Source: the human T2T-CHM13v2.0 reference genome, Homo sapiens
Strand: one strand, 5' to 3'
Length of the DNA stretch: 64,000 nucleotides
NCBI RefSeq assembly: GCF_009914755.1
Contig: NC_060935.1
Shown here: positions 40,984 through 58,040 of the stretch, piece by piece
Layout of the letters: every line of letters begins with the position of its first letter
Position numbering within the stretch: position 1 is the first letter of the stretch
Program-made: the position numbers and the translations under genes
The notes under the pieces: model-generated
What the model was told of the DNA's origin: nothing
Databases searched by the model: none
What the model saw: the letters and a program-made list of their open reading frames with translations, nothing else

Positions 40984-41819
40984 AAATGGTGTCATGGGCA
41001 GGATTTTGGAATGACCTCCCCGGACAACCCAGCCAATTTCCAACCTTTGTGCAGGTAACAGAAATGAATTCATTGCATTTCCAAACTTGGATTCCCTTGC
41101 TGGATGCTACAGATGAGTTCTTCCCAAAATTAATGAATGTCCTGTCTTAGCCAAAGCCCTGGTTTATTGAAGCTAGTCTCCTGTTTGGCTATGAAGTACA
41201 ATGACTCTCCTGGAATGAGAGTTACTGCTACGAATTCAACCTAAGGGTTTTTGTTGAATTCTAAGACAGGTTAAAATAGTCTGTAAATTGTTTTCCAGGA
41301 GGCTTGGGGCAAGATACCTTTTCCTTAATGGTCACATGAGGACACTTTTGCTCCACTACATAGCTTGTCTCACTCAAAACAACCAAAACAGAAAATGGGT
41401 CATCTAAGGCTGAGGATGCACCAGCTGGGTTTACATAAAATATATACAGTCCTTCTACTTAAATAAGTGGACTAACCTAAACTGGGATGGTTATAAGCAA
41501 TAATAGCCAGAGTGGGGATGTTTTAGACGTGGCTAAAACAACATCTTTACATACAAAATTGAAAAAAAGATTGGTTTTAGAACAACACAAATTAAATGCG
41601 AGACTTATTTCCAATAGCACCCAAAAGCCTCTAAAGTTCCAACTGTTCCCATTCCTTCTACCTATTATCTAAACTCATTCCTTTCTGCTTATTCCCTTGG
41701 CTCCTATACACCTCTTAGGCAGAAACTTTGAAATTTCACAATGCACACATTTTCTTCTCTGAAAATGGCAAAGCACATTTAAATTTAAAACAAAATGAAC
41801 AAAGAGAACAAAAATCTCT

Positions 41820-42161
41820 TGTCAAATTGTAACCGCCAGTGTTGGAAAAATGGCCTGGTGGGAGATGATTGGATCATGGGGGGTGGACTTTCTCCTTGCT
41901 GTTCTCATGATAGTGAGTGAGTTCTCATAATATCTGGTTGTTTAAAAGTGTGTAGTACCTCTTCCTTCTTTTTCTTCCTCCTGCTATGTAAAATGTGCCT
42001 CCCTCCTTTTCCCTGTTCGCCATGATTTTAAGTTTCCTGAGGCCTTCCCAGCCAAGCTTCCTGTAAAGCTTGTGAAACTGTGAGTCAATTAAACCTCTTT
42101 TCTTTATAAATTACCCAATCTCAAGTAGTTCTTTATAGCAATGCAAGAATGGACTAATACA
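41820..42161 (+). mobile_element. MST/THE1-type MaLR LTR inside the provirus
   Basis: GATTGGATCATGGGGG...GTGAGTCAATTAAACCTCTTTTCTTTATAAATTACCCA...GGACTAATACA. Confidence 0.85.
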
Positions 42162-42214
42162 ATATGCATTATGTTATATGTCATGTCTATATGGTAGCAA
42201 GTTGACTAGGTTCA

Positions 42215-42520
42215 TGTTATAATCCCAGCACTTTGGGAGGCCAAATGGGAGAATCACTTCAGCCCAAGAGTTTGACCCTAGCCTAGGCAAGATGGTGAGA
42301 CCCTGTATCTACAAAATATTTAAAAATTAGCTGGGGGTTGTAGTGTGCAACTGTAGTGTCAGCTACTTAGGAGGCTAAGGTAGGTAGATCTCTTGAGCCC
42401 AGGAGCTCAAACCTGCATTGAGCTATGATCACACCACTGCATTCCAGCCTAGGTGACAAAGCAAGACCCTGCCTCTAAAAACAATAATACTAATTAAATG
42501 AATGAATGAATGAATAAATA
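42215..42520 (+). mobile_element. AluJ
   Basis: Diverged dimer, GAGCTATGATCACACCACTGCA. Confidence 0.9.
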
Positions 42521-43824
42521 AATGCTCAGAAACTAGTAAGCCCAAATATTTTCCAGGTTCACATGACTTAAATCTTTACTAAACTAATTATAAAACTTTT
42601 GGTAAAATAAAAATAACTTTAAAATTGTTGACCTATATTTTTGCCTGGATTTATTAGTCAGACAGTTTTATGTTTGTCTCTGATAGATATTTTAAGGTGT
42701 CAGGGTTTAACATAAAAGTTACAAAATCATAAACCCAGAAAATAACAAAATAATCTTTGTGTAATTTTTTGGTAGGTAAGACTTATTTAGTATTGTTGGT
42801 TTAATAAAAACAGCTGTATTTTCTAAGTCATTGACAACATGCCTGCATATTTAAAGTTCGTACTTAAGTAAACACCTGATATTTACAGGCTATAAAATTG
42901 GTTAACAGAAAAATAAAATAATGACTAACTTTGTCTAATACCTCAGTTCTTATAAGTAATCTAGTTATTAAATAAATTAAATAAATTAAATAATTAAATA
43001 AATTAGGTAAATATAAATGGAGCAAATGTTTATAAATTTTAATGTAATTTTAAATCTTAGAGTTATGTTAAATAAGATACTCATTAAATGTCTGGGTCAT
43101 TTCCAATTAAAAATTATGTTATAAGGAAATATGTTTCTAAAAATTATAAAATGGTTCTCATCTATAAATACCAGTATGTGATAGAGAAGTCAAGATTTCT
43201 TGCTTCCCAGGTTTTCACTAAAAATTTAAATTCTCATTGATATATATATAATTTTTTATATAAAGTATACCAAAAATAGGATATGTTTTAAAATAAAAAG
43301 CATACAAAATACATAGCAATGTGTTTTTTATTAAAAATAATTTTATCTACTTCAGGGGTTATGTAAAGGTTATTTATAAAACAAGATAGAACTAAACCAG
43401 TAAGCAAGAGAGAGAGAGAGATGTAGAAAAGTTATGGATATAAAGATATATTTTTTAATAAAAATAGTTTAAAAAAGAGAATAATATTGTATGAAAAATA
43501 TTATATGGTAAGTTTTTGTTCTAAAATAAAACCACTGTTTATTTTAAAAAGTATAGGACAAAACAAAAAGTCCAAAAATGTGGTAAATAGTCTGTGTAAG
43601 CCACAACGATATGGCTCATAAAACAGGAATTTATGAAAGAAATTTTGTACATGATCAAGTTGACTATATAAAAGAAATTACTTAACAGTCTTTCTAAATA
43701 TCAAATGAACTTTGATATTAAAAATACACTAATACAAAACTGAAAATCTTAGTCTCCTATGTTAGAACAACAAGATTTTCTCAAAGTTTTGATTTACTCT
43801 TAATAAAATTACAAAGAGTTTTGA

Positions 43825-44113
43825 TTTTTTTTTTTTTTAAGACAGGGTCTCACTCTGTTACCCAGCCTGGAGTGCAGTGGTGCAATCTCAGCCCACCGCA
43901 ACCTCCACCTCCTGGGCTCAAGCTATCCTCCCAACTCCTGAGTAGCTGAGACCACAGTTCTGACTCACCACACCTGGCTAATTTTTAAATTTTTTGTAGA
44001 GATGGGGTTTTACCATGTCACCACGGCTGGTCTCAAACTCCTGGTTCAAGTGGTCTGCCTGCCTCAGCCTCCCAAATTGCTGGGATTACAGGTATGAGCC
44101 ACCATGCCTGGCC
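43825..44113 (-). mobile_element. AluJ
   Basis: Antisense dimer, GACAGGGTCTCACTCTG. Confidence 0.9.
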
Positions 44114-45727
44114 ATTCACTTTTTAATTCTACATATATCATTGCCTTCTGTTTCTTTTTCCTGTAAAAAGGTTTATCTTTTTATTGGGTGAAATGTTAAC
44201 TCTCTTCTTCAAACTTTTTGTAAACTCCTGTAATGTTTTCTCTGGTTCTAACTTTACTATCATGGCCCGACACTAAATGTTTTATTTTAAAGCTCTAAAA
44301 AACAATGTTTTCCTTTAGCATAACTTGATTCTGTACCTTTGGCTTTTCTTGATATGTCTAAATAGTTCAATGTAATAAGGAAATCTCCTATGTTGTTACT
44401 AAGAGCCATGCATTTTCCTGCTCAAGGTACCAGGAGTGCACCACTGCACTCCAGGCTGGGTAACAGAGTGAGAACCTGTCTTAAAAAAAAAAAATCAAAA
44501 CTCTTTGTAATTTTATTAAGAGTAAATCAAAACTTTGAGAAAATCTTGTTGTTCTAACATAGGAGACTAAGATTTTCAGTTTTGTATTAGTGTATTTTTA
44601 ATATCAAAGTTCATTTGATTTTTTTTGTTATTTTCATTCCTCTATAATACAGTGTTCACTCATAACCCTGGACACAATTTTTCTGTGTCTGATTAAATTC
44701 AAGTACCCTTTTCATCATATTTGACTTCCAGATTATCTAAATGCACTTCCCAGAAGGAAAAACAATCACAGTACAGGAAGTTTTTCTTTACCTTTTGGTA
44801 ACTGGCCTAAAAAACAAAGATTTGGTGTTTTCTCAAGATAATTCCTGTGTTGTATTTTTAAAAGATTTTTGAATCCTTAAGAAAACTGAGTCTTAAAAGA
44901 GTGAAAGTTTTTGCATACAGGTTACCTTCTATATTGCTTTTAAGGTCCCTATGACTGTTACTCTCATCAAATCAATAACAATTATTTTACAATGACCTGT
45001 GATTCTGTTTTACACAAATGGTTTAAACATTTGAACATCTTTGATGGTTTTCCCCAGGATCCAAATCTTAAATTAAGTCTTCTTGGCCTAAAATTAACTT
45101 TGAGATTTTCTAGTTGGGCCCTGGAAAGCCTCAAAAAATTTCTCATCTTGTAAAAATATTAAATGATTAGATTTGGTTAAATTGTATGGGAGACATTGTC
45201 AAATGCTAAATGATACCAGATCTTCTTTCAGTTACATTTATGGGTATGTTATTGATGTAACTATTCCAAAAATTATATAAGTTCATAAAAATATAATGTG
45301 TCATTAGTCATAATTTCAATTGTTATGTTAACTTTTCTAAAGTTATATTTATATGGATCTGTTATTAATGTGAATATTCTAAAGATAATATAAAATTTGT
45401 AAAAGTCTGGTGATTCTGATGTGACACTGTCAGTCATAATTCTGGTTATTATCTTAAAATGCTACATGTAATAAAAATAACTAAATTTTCTTGTGAGTTG
45501 GAAACTTTTATCACATTTTATCATGACTCTTTTAAGTTTTTGTCATTTACAGTTATTGTTATAAATTCTTCTCTAAAAATTTATAATTAATTATAATCTG
45601 AAACTGCTTTCCATGGAAAAACTAATAAATACTCTTAAACACAGATTTCTAATAATTTAAGATAAGTGGACTAAATAAATACTTCCATAACTCTAATAAA
45701 AACTGATACATAAAGATTACCAACACA

Positions 45728-46023
45728 GGCCAGGCACAGTGGCTTACATTTGTAATCCCAGCACTTTGGGAGGCCAAGATGGGTAGATCACTTGAGGTCA
45801 GGAGTTTGAGACCATCCTGGCCACCATGGCGAAACCCTGTTTCTACTAAAAATACAAAAATTAGCTGGGTGTGGTGGCACATGCCTGTAATCCCAGCTAC
45901 TCAGGAGGCTAAGGCATGAGAATCACTTGAACCCGGGAGACAGAGGTTGCAGAGAGCCGAGATCCTGCCACTGTACTCCAGCCTGGGCAACAGAGTGAGA
46001 CTTTGCCCAAAAAAATTAAAAAA
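45728..46023 (+). mobile_element. AluS
   Basis: Full dimer; flanked by a duplicated CCAACACA. Confidence 0.95.
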
Positions 46024-46308
46024 TTCCAACACAGCATTAAACAGAGCAAAAATTACATGGGACTGAATGAATGGAGAACTAAAATCATTTTTATTACTTT
46101 TGTTGAAAACAATGCTAATTATTTTTATATTCTGTTTTCCAAAGTAAAAAAAAATTCTTCTCCCTTATACTATTTATATCTTAGAACAATTGAGTGAAGT
46201 ATACATTTGTAAACAAAAATAACATTTACCTTTCTCTTAAGCTAACTAACTGTTCCAGAATTTAAAAACTTTTCTTCAATGGCTGAGGCCAAAATAATGG
46301 TCACCCAG

Positions 46309-46677
46309 TGTGTTAGTCCATTCTCCCACTGCTATAAATATACCACCCAAGACTGGGTAATTTATAAATAAAGGAGGTTGAATTGACTCACAGTTCTGGT
46401 TGGCTGGGGAGGCCTCAGGAAACTTACAATCATGGCAGAAGGGAAAGCAGGCACATCTTACATGGCAGCAGGTGAGAGTGAGCATGTGACCGAAGCAAAG
46501 CGGGAAGAGCCCCTTATAAAACCTTCAGATCTTGTGGGAGCTCACTCACTATCAAAAGAGCAGCATGGGGGAAACAACCTCCATGATTTAATCACCTTCC
46601 GTCTGCCCTCTCCCTTGACACCTAAGGATTACAATTCAAGATGAGATTTGGGTGGGGACAGAAACCTAATCATATCA
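46309..46677 (-). mobile_element. THE1-type MaLR solo LTR
   Basis: TGTGTTAGTCCATTCTC ... CATATCA with 5-bp TSD CCCAG. Confidence 0.88.
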
Positions 46678-46906
46678 CCCAGTGACTGGAGATGATTCAT
46701 TATCCACAAAAACAACATATTTTTCTCATATTATGACCTACCAAATGCTGCTAACAATGTGATCCACCTGTAATAACAAGTTCTCTTCCTTCACTGAGAG
46801 ACATGACTTCCTGGAAATGAGCCTTTTCAGCACTGGGGGATAAAGAATGTCTATCACTCTAAACAGAGACTAATCTTCCATGTTTTCATGTATCAAAAGG
46901 GGGAAA

Positions 46907-47388
46907 TGATAACCTATAGATCACAAATTAATGGCCTGGGGAAGTTCTAATGTTTCATTGCTTACATCGTGTCCCTAAGTATAAAAGTCTTATTGTGAGT
47001 CACTCAAATCTTATCATGAGTTCCTCAAACTGTTGATGTACTGATTAATATGTACAGGACTACTGATAATAAGAGGACACTGATTTGTTCCAAATCATGA
47101 AGTTATATTGATTGACTTACACATAGAACATTTTTGCCTTTATGTTGTAACATGTAGCCAATGATTGAAACTTCTGTATTGTATCCTCCAGTGAAAAAAG
47201 ACAATTCTAATGTGAGGAGTCCCCTTCCCTTCTCCTAAACTTTCTTATAGAAGCGTTCTAACTTGTAAACAAACTTTGGAATATGCCCAACTTTTTCGCT
47301 GTATCTTCCCGGGTTGATCCTCACGTTTGGCTTCCATTAAACCTTAATCAAATTATTTTTGCCTCGACAGCCTTAATTTTGGTTGACA
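46907..47388 (+). mobile_element. 3' LTR (MER92-like)
   Basis: TGATAACCTATAGATCAC ... AATTTTGGTTGACA, preceded by the polypurine tract. Confidence 0.85.
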
Positions 47389-47980
47389 ATAGAAAAGGGC
47401 ATATCCTGCAACAAGTTTGTCTGGAATTTCAAATCCAACAAAGTCTGGCCTATTTCTAACACTCTGAAGGGTGCTTTCTCACTAGCGAGCTTGCAAACCT
47501 TGACCATTTTTAGATTATAGTACTTGACCCAGAAGGCAAGGTTGGCATTGTTTTGCCAGTGTCAATTACATCTTCAAAAATCAAGACATTCTTTCTAGTT
47601 AAAGTTGAAGGATCATCGCCACCAATTACCTTTATATCCCCTGTTGACTGGTCATTACAGTAGCTCCTTGCTCTTTATTGGCTCTATCATAGGAATGGCT
47701 CTATGACTATTTCTATTCAGGTGCTTTGATGTTATCTAGCAGGTCAGCAAAAAAAGTACAACCCCCCTTGAACAAACAGAAGGCTACAATGTGAGAGGCT
47801 CCTATCTCCTTCATCACATCTCAGGCAAGTCGTTTGGTCCTGTTCACAATCAGTCCATGAGGAATAAAACCTTTTGCAAATCCTCAGTGTAATGATGAGG
47901 TATATGATATAAATCTAGGTTATAACCTGGTTCATCATCACTAATCATGATGCTGGGGCTGTGGGTAACAATAATGGACT
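47389..47980 (-). pseudogene. HPRT1P: HPRT1 processed pseudogene, 5' part (intronless CDS)
   Basis: Intronless match to the HPRT1 CDS (ISDDEPGY..., [32 protein letters not shown]). Start codon mutated to ATT at 47972-47970; several indels. Confidence 0.95.
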
Positions 47981-48658
47981 TTATTTGTTATTTTTGTCTA
48001 ATATCTATTGACCGTTTTTATAATGCTTCATGTAATAGGACTGCTAATAATGGGTTAGTTCAATTCAGTATATTATAAATCTTAAAATGCTTTCTTCATT
48101 AAGTAAAATAAAGACTTCTCTATATTTGTATTATTTATTCGACCGAAAACATTTTAGCAGCATTGCCTCAGGATATGAGGTAAATCCTGGCTTCTTGGGC
48201 ATCATTTAAAATAGATATAGATGGATAGAGCTTAATATCTGTTGATGATTCTAGTGATCTGACTCTACTTATAATTTAGAAAGCAGAGCATTTTTACAAC
48301 TTAGATCCTCATTTGACAATGAGTTCTTCTATCTGAACAGGAGACATAGCTACTGGAGCCAGGTGGACTAAATACAGGTGAATATAGGGTGAGCAGGCAT
48401 TATTTAATGAGTGTATTTGTTAATTAAGGCCAAGTTAAAGCAGAAACCAGTTTATCATGAGCACTGTCATGGCTAGCAATTCAATATACTCTAACAGATC
48501 CTTGACCAATGACAAGGGACTGGCCATAAGAATCTGGGCAGGTATTTGGGGTATGGCGACCTTGAGTGTGGGCCCTTTTAAAGTGGGACTCGAGGTCCTT
48601 ATATGTACAGTTTGGTCCCTGGGCACTTGACATGCATATATCCATATTCTTAACATTC

Positions 48659-48660
<2 letters not shown>

Positions 48661-48701
<41 letters not shown>
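48661..48701. repeat. Poly-T tract (41 nt)
   Basis: Pure T run. Confidence 0.97.
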
Positions 48702-48706
<5 letters not shown>

Positions 48707-50261
48707 AAATCATTTTGAAAGCAGAGATGATGCTACTGGTAATAGTTATTCCAACAGATTTTAGCCAATATTTAGTGAGCCCCTGCTGTGTACCAGGCAC
48801 TGTGCAATGGGTGAGAGTGAAAATATCACCAAGATCCGTCCACTGCCTTCAGAGAACCCAAAGTTATCATTGTTCTGCAGGGGCGAGTAGAGAAAGACAG
48901 GAAATTTGTTGGAGTAAAACATTTCTCCCAGTGGGCAATGGTTATAGGTTAGCTCATGTAATCCTTTCAACAACCTGATGAGATATGGTATTATTCCAAT
49001 TTTACAACTAAGGAAGCATTAAGACACACTATGCCAGGGGTTGCAAGCTCAAATAAATCCAGGTATCAGGCAGGTAACCAAATTGAGATAAGCAGCCCAA
49101 GTGTAAGATCACAGAAATTGGTGGGGATTGTAGAAAGCTGCAGCAGGCATGTTTTACCCAAAGACATTCACAGTCAAAGCAAACCAAAATAATAGCAGCT
49201 GTGTAGGACAAACAGAACAAGACTGTAAGCCAGATCAGGCAGCCAGCTTCTGATGTCTGCTCCGTACCATCACAGGCTTCCTAATTCTTAGGATGGGAAG
49301 GAACGTTAAGGTTCCCTAACTTCTCCAGCTCTCGGTTCTCACTTCTTCACCCTCGAAGGATGAAATGGGGGAAATAAACATTGAAACTAAAACCATTTTA
49401 GATTAGTAGTAATGCCCTTTTCACTGTAAACAGACTGCAAAGCATGATAAAAAGTAACTGTGGTCAAAAATCATATGGCTTGAAATTTAAAAGATTCATC
49501 AGTGCACTAGAACAGAAATGATGGAAATTCCAAATTGTGTAAGAACTTTATAACGTTCCAGAAACAGCATCACAATAGGGAAAAGAATGACTATTCAATC
49601 AGCATTTTGAAGAAATTGGATATCACTAGGGAAAAGAATGAACTTTGAGCTGTACACTAGAATAGATTCATGATGAGTCAAGGAATGAACTGTTTAAAAA
49701 CAATCTGTCAAAAATAAGCTTGAAATACACAAATTAGCATAATCAAATACTACTGAGGACCGTCATATGGCAGCTTGAAAGTCTGGGTTTCTGTGTTGCA
49801 TGACTCCAAGGGTACTACTATTCATGAACAGAAATCAATGGGAGTAGAAAATGCTGTAAGATACACAGTAAAGAGAAAGGGGAAAGATTGGGGAAATTTT
49901 ATATCAAAGAAGTGTAAAGGCTTGATGGAAATATATAACGTTACTATTTGTTTTCCACTTTGAATGTAGTAAAAAATGAATAGGTGTCTTGTTGCTGATG
50001 GGAAAAAACAAAGTACCTCATCACATGATAAAATGTCCACCCTTGCTACTAATTTAAAAAGGCAAATAACTCAGAAGTACCATTATATCTCCATTAAAGT
50101 AACCAAATAGTGATAACATCCAATGATGACAAGTCTGTGAAGAAATAGGTTCATGAGAAATCGTGTATCAGCCTAGTCTCTTTGGAGGTCAATGTATTGA
50201 TCTCTTTCAAGGTGTTTATATATTTTGACCAAACCATTCTTGCTGCCATAAGGAAACATTT

Positions 50262-50530
50262 TATGTATGTATGTATGCATGTATTTGAGATGAAGTCTTG
50301 CTCTGTAGCCCAGGCTGGAGTGCAGTGGTGCAATCTCAGCTCACTGCAACCTCCATCTCCCAGGTTCAAGCAATTCTCCTGCCTCAGCCTCCTGAGTAGC
50401 TAGGACTACAGGCACATGACACCATGCCTGGCTAATTTTTTGTATTTTTAGTAGAGACGGGGTTTCACCATGTTGGCCAGGCACGTCTTGAAGTCCTGAC
50501 CTCAAGTGATCCACCCGCCTCAGCCTCCCA
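50262..50530 (-). mobile_element. 5'-truncated AluS with a (TATG)n tail
   Basis: TSD AAGGAAACATTT (50250-50261 and 50531-50542). Confidence 0.93.
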
Positions 50531-52059
50531 AAGGAAACATTTATTTATTAATGCCAAATATGTTTATAATACAACCAATTGTAAAAATATAAAGAAAAAA
50601 TAAATAAATATAAATAGAGCTGCTAAAAATAACAAGTGTTGTTGATGTAAAGTAAAATCAAAATGTGGAATACTGTTCTCTGATGACTACTATGATATAA
50701 ATCTATGCATGTACATTAATAGACAATAGATTTCTGAATGATATAAAGCATTTGTTCAGTTTACAGAGCTCTTGCTAGTAACCAGGAGGTCTGGTAGTTT
50801 CTTAGAAACAGAGAAATGACATAGTCATATACTGTGATAAGAGCACAGGCATTTTCAATGCGGTAAGTGCTACCAAAATAAATACAAGAGCTAGAAATGT
50901 AGGGTGTGATTAATATAACACAAGCACTATCCTAAGCACTTTGCATTTATCTTGAGTAATTATCCTGATAGCCTTGTGTAGTTGAGACTATTATTATTCC
51001 ATTTTACAGATGAGGAAACTAAGATATGCAAGGTCAGGTTCTGTGCAGGGTCAAATGGCCATGATAGAGATAAGCCAAAGGTCCTGTGGGAGTTCCAAGG
51101 TGGAACAGCTGATCCAAGCTGAGAAGGATTGGAGGTGTTTCCAGAGAAGGTGACACCCGCTCTGAGTCAGGCAGGACGGGAAGGAGTTAGATGAGCCAAG
51201 AGCATTCCCAGCAGGGGAATCAGATGAGTAAAGACAAATAAATGAGAAACAGCATAAAACCATTTATCCAAGAACTACTGGCAGATTATATTGCTGCAAT
51301 GTAAAGTTTCACAGAGAGAGTTGCAGATTTCAGATGTGGGCAGGGATCAAATCTGTAGGGACTTACTTGCCATGCTGAAAGCTCTAGGCTTAGTCTTGCT
51401 GAATTTAGCTTTAATGGTAGAAGGAAGAAGGACAGCATTTATTGTTCACTACCATGAGACACATCCTGATTTAGGTGCTTGACATGGTTTATTTCAATAT
51501 ATTTTCTTCTTTCTGTAAAGTTTCCTCTATTAATAAAAAATAAGGATCACAGTCTATTTTAATCAGGCAAAGACTCTATGGACAACCCATCCTATTTTAT
51601 ATTGACACTACAAAGAAGATGCTGCCAGAATTAATGTTATAAAGAAGTACTATTTTTAATGAGAAAGTGATGAGAATAATATTCATGCATTATTTATACC
51701 AGATAAAAGCTTTATAAATATTGTATTGTTAATCTTAAAATGACAGAACCGATGAACCAGATACCAATTTATTAGAACCACAAATTATCTCAATCTTGTC
51801 CTATAATTCCATTTTTAAGAAAAATAAGAAAAAGACAAGAAAACAGTTGATATTAGAGATATAGTAGGAGAGAAATAACTTCTAGGTCAAGAACTGAGCT
51901 CAATGAACATTCATCCTAGTCCTCATCTCTACCCTACAGAGCATACTATAAGGCCTGGTCCTAGAGTGAAACCATTCGTCCTTTAGGACGGTGATTATTG
52001 GTTAAGTTCATTATGTGAGGACATTTAACAGACACCACAAATGATTTTTCTTTGTTCAA

Positions 52060-52740
52060 ATAAGGGATTCATTTATTTACTTAAAAAATATTTATTGTGT
52101 GCTTAACTCTGTACCTGGCCTTTCTAGGAGTTGAGGTTTCCTTCAGAAGAAGAAAGTTTTTGTTTTGAGACAAAGTATGGAGTTTATCAGATAGACAAGT
52201 GGAAGGAAATGCATTCCAGGCTGAGGGATCTTCAACCCCCATGTGGAAAAGCCCCTAAGCCCCACTGTACATGGTGGGTTTGGAAACATACAAAGAGCGC
52301 TTCATGGTGGAGGATAAAGTTGGAGAGGTGTGAGGCTGGTTAGGTCCTCAGGGGCTGTATTAGGAAGGGTCATTTATGGCACAAAGAAGGCTGAAGGAGG
52401 TGGATCATCACCAGATTTGTGTAAGAGAAAGATTACTCAGGAGCAGCACGGAGCCATGATGGAGGGGACTGGAGGGGCCATGAGACCAGTGAAGACATGG
52501 GGGCCATCTCCACACATGAGATAATGGCTGTCCTGATCAGCGGCTGTTGCAGTAAAGAGGAATGGAGCCAGAGCTGTCAAAGGAGCTAGCAACAGTAAAT
52601 CTGGCAGAAATTAAGGGGAGGGCATGTAAGAGGAAGCCAGGTTTCCAGCCTAGGCTCCTGGCGGTGGTACCCATCACTAAGATGGACACAGAAGGAGCAG
52701 GTTTGGGAACTGAGATACTAATTTAGGTAACATGAGCCTC
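52060..52740 (-). mobile_element. L2 LINE fragment
   Basis: ATTCATTTATTT...AAATATTTATTG terminus and purine-rich body. Confidence 0.55.
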
Positions 52741-52992
52741 AATGTCACTCTTTGATAACCCCAGTGCTAGTGTTACTCATGCCAGTCTTTGGTGGTGGAA
52801 CAATTCAAGTCAGACCAATCCTTGATGCGATATGAAGTAGTCACATCTCAAGGCCCCACTTTACAATTTTTTCTAACGAATAAATGGTGCCCACTCACTT
52901 TTTTCTTTTTTAATTACACAACTTATACATGACTATATGCTTGTTGGAAAAATTCAAGTAATATAATTTACCCTTGCTTGGTTTATTAAATT

Positions 52993-53200
52993 AGAAATTC
53001 TCAAACTTTTGAACTCAGGACCTCTTTATACACTTAAAAATTACTGGAGACCCCAAAGAACTTTAGTTTACATACAGCTATTGATATTTACCACATTAGA
53101 AGTTAAAATTGAGAAGTTTAAAAAATACTTATTAATTCATTTTAAAAGAAGAATAATGTTAACATAAAACCCATTAAATGTTAACATAACTAACATTTTT
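52993..53200. mobile_element. Charlie1-type terminal fragment
   Basis: TTCTCAAACTTTT...CTCAGGACCTCTTTATACACTTAAAAATTA; reverse complement of the 26880-26950 segment. Confidence 0.7.
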
Positions 53201-53204
53201 AATT

Positions 53205-56351
<3,147 letters not shown>

Positions 56352-56522
56352 TCAGACTAGAACAACTCCAAGCTCTCTTCCTGCTCTAAAATTCTGTGCA
56401 TTTATGAGCCTGCTTGTAGTACCTGTTCAGCACATATTTTTTTAATGAATGTATGAATAAATAAAGAATACATAATGTTGTTGAAAGGGCTTTTGCATGT
56501 AATGGAAAACTGGACTAGAATG

Positions 56523-56732
56523 CAGATGTCAACAACTCACATACCTGCAGGCCAGGTGCCCTGAACAAATGAAGCAGACTGATGTGAGACTGTGGACTGA
56601 TAGGGTCTGCGATGAACTGGAGGGATCATAGTCTTATTAAGGAAATCAAATTCAGATTTTTTAAATTAGATACTACTTTAGACCAACAAAACAGGTTAGA
56701 ATTGGCCTGTGGGGTGTAAATTGGAACTTCTG
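56523..56732. mobile_element. MER45-like hAT-Tip100 element
   Basis: CAGATGTCAACAACTCACATACCTGCAGGCCAGG ... TTGGAACTTCTG. Confidence 0.5.
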
Positions 56733-57931
56733 AACTAGGTAGTTGCTTGGATTCCCTCTGACTTGTAGCAGAGTCTTACTGGTACCTCTTCCTGGAAGAC
56801 CAGGTGTCTCATGCTCCCTCTGTTCCTCCTTCCAGTCTTCACCTATTCATGGGAAAGCACCTAATAAACTCATCCATTGAAGGCAGCTGCAACCGATGAG
56901 ACCGATGCCATGAGATACTTGCATTTTTACAGGGTTAGTCTTAAGCCAAAATTAGGAAGCTCTGACAGCAGAATTCAGGCATCAGGGATCAGGTCAGAGC
57001 AAGGAGCCTTGGCCATGCTCCAAAATCCATACTACATGTGTACGTGCCTAAACCTGGGAGCTGAAGCCCTACCTATAAAGCTCTTCTCTGTAGCATGGCT
57101 GTGTGCTTTTATCGTCAGAAGCATTGCTTCTGGGAATCTATGTCCCAGGGAAGTCTCACCTGAGCAGCTCCCACCTGGAGCCAGAGACCTCATTTCTAAC
57201 AGGAATTCACCTCCTGAAGCTACCCACACCCAGAAATTTGCTACAGTTAATCAGCATTATTGATGCCATATAACAAGATTTCCCAAAGAGCTCTGCTCCT
57301 CAGGGTGGGATATTTTAAAAAGTGCTGGTGAGCAACCTGGTACCTTCCCAGAAAACAGGTTGGGAGTCTGTAAACTCCTTCCTGGGTTCCCTGTCCAGCT
57401 CATCTGCATTCTGTCAGCCTAGGTCACAGAGGTATACTAAAGACAGCCCTATTGAGCCAAATTAGTAAAAGAACCATAGAAGAGTGGGAGAAAGAAGGGG
57501 GGCTCTTTCATCTTCAAAGAAGGGATGATCTAGAGTTTGGATTGACCTTCAACCAACCAGTTCTAGAGAGTGCCCTGATTTGCCAAATGCCTCCACACAG
57601 ACATCACGCTGAAACCTGCAGGCCTCAAACAAGAGAAGTCACTTTGTCTTTAAGACTTTTTCTCTGGTCACTAATGATAAGTGGAAATGGAGATGTCTCT
57701 ACTAGTATAAATGACTGTGATTACAACCAAGGTCAATACAAAACAAGCTTCAAGGATCAGGGAAGACCCACTTATTTTAATAGAGTATTGGATACACACA
57801 AAAAATTCTAGGTTCAACAAAAGAATTCTGAGAGTTCTAACGCAATGGAATTTGACTTGTACTGATCACCCACATAGTTGTCAGCCCATTGCCATTGCCT
57901 TCTTTGTTTCTGATAGGAAGTCTTGGGAGCA

Positions 57932-58040
57932 GTTTTTTTTTTTTTTTTAGATAGGGTTCTCCAAGTCCTGGCCTCAAGTGATCTTCCTGTCTCAGCATCC
58001 CAAAGTGCTGGGATGACAGGCATGAGCCACCACTCCTGGT
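57932..58040 (-). mobile_element. Alu/FLAM fragment
   Basis: T tail plus CCCAAAGTGCTGGGATGACAGGCATGAGCCACC. Confidence 0.85.

Noticed and set aside
48240-48265. TGATGA...CTGA resembling C/D snoRNA boxes
   Set aside because: Boxes are far too close and there is no terminal stem.
48435-48800. 121-aa ORF with poly-Lys
   Set aside because: Artefact of the T41 tract.
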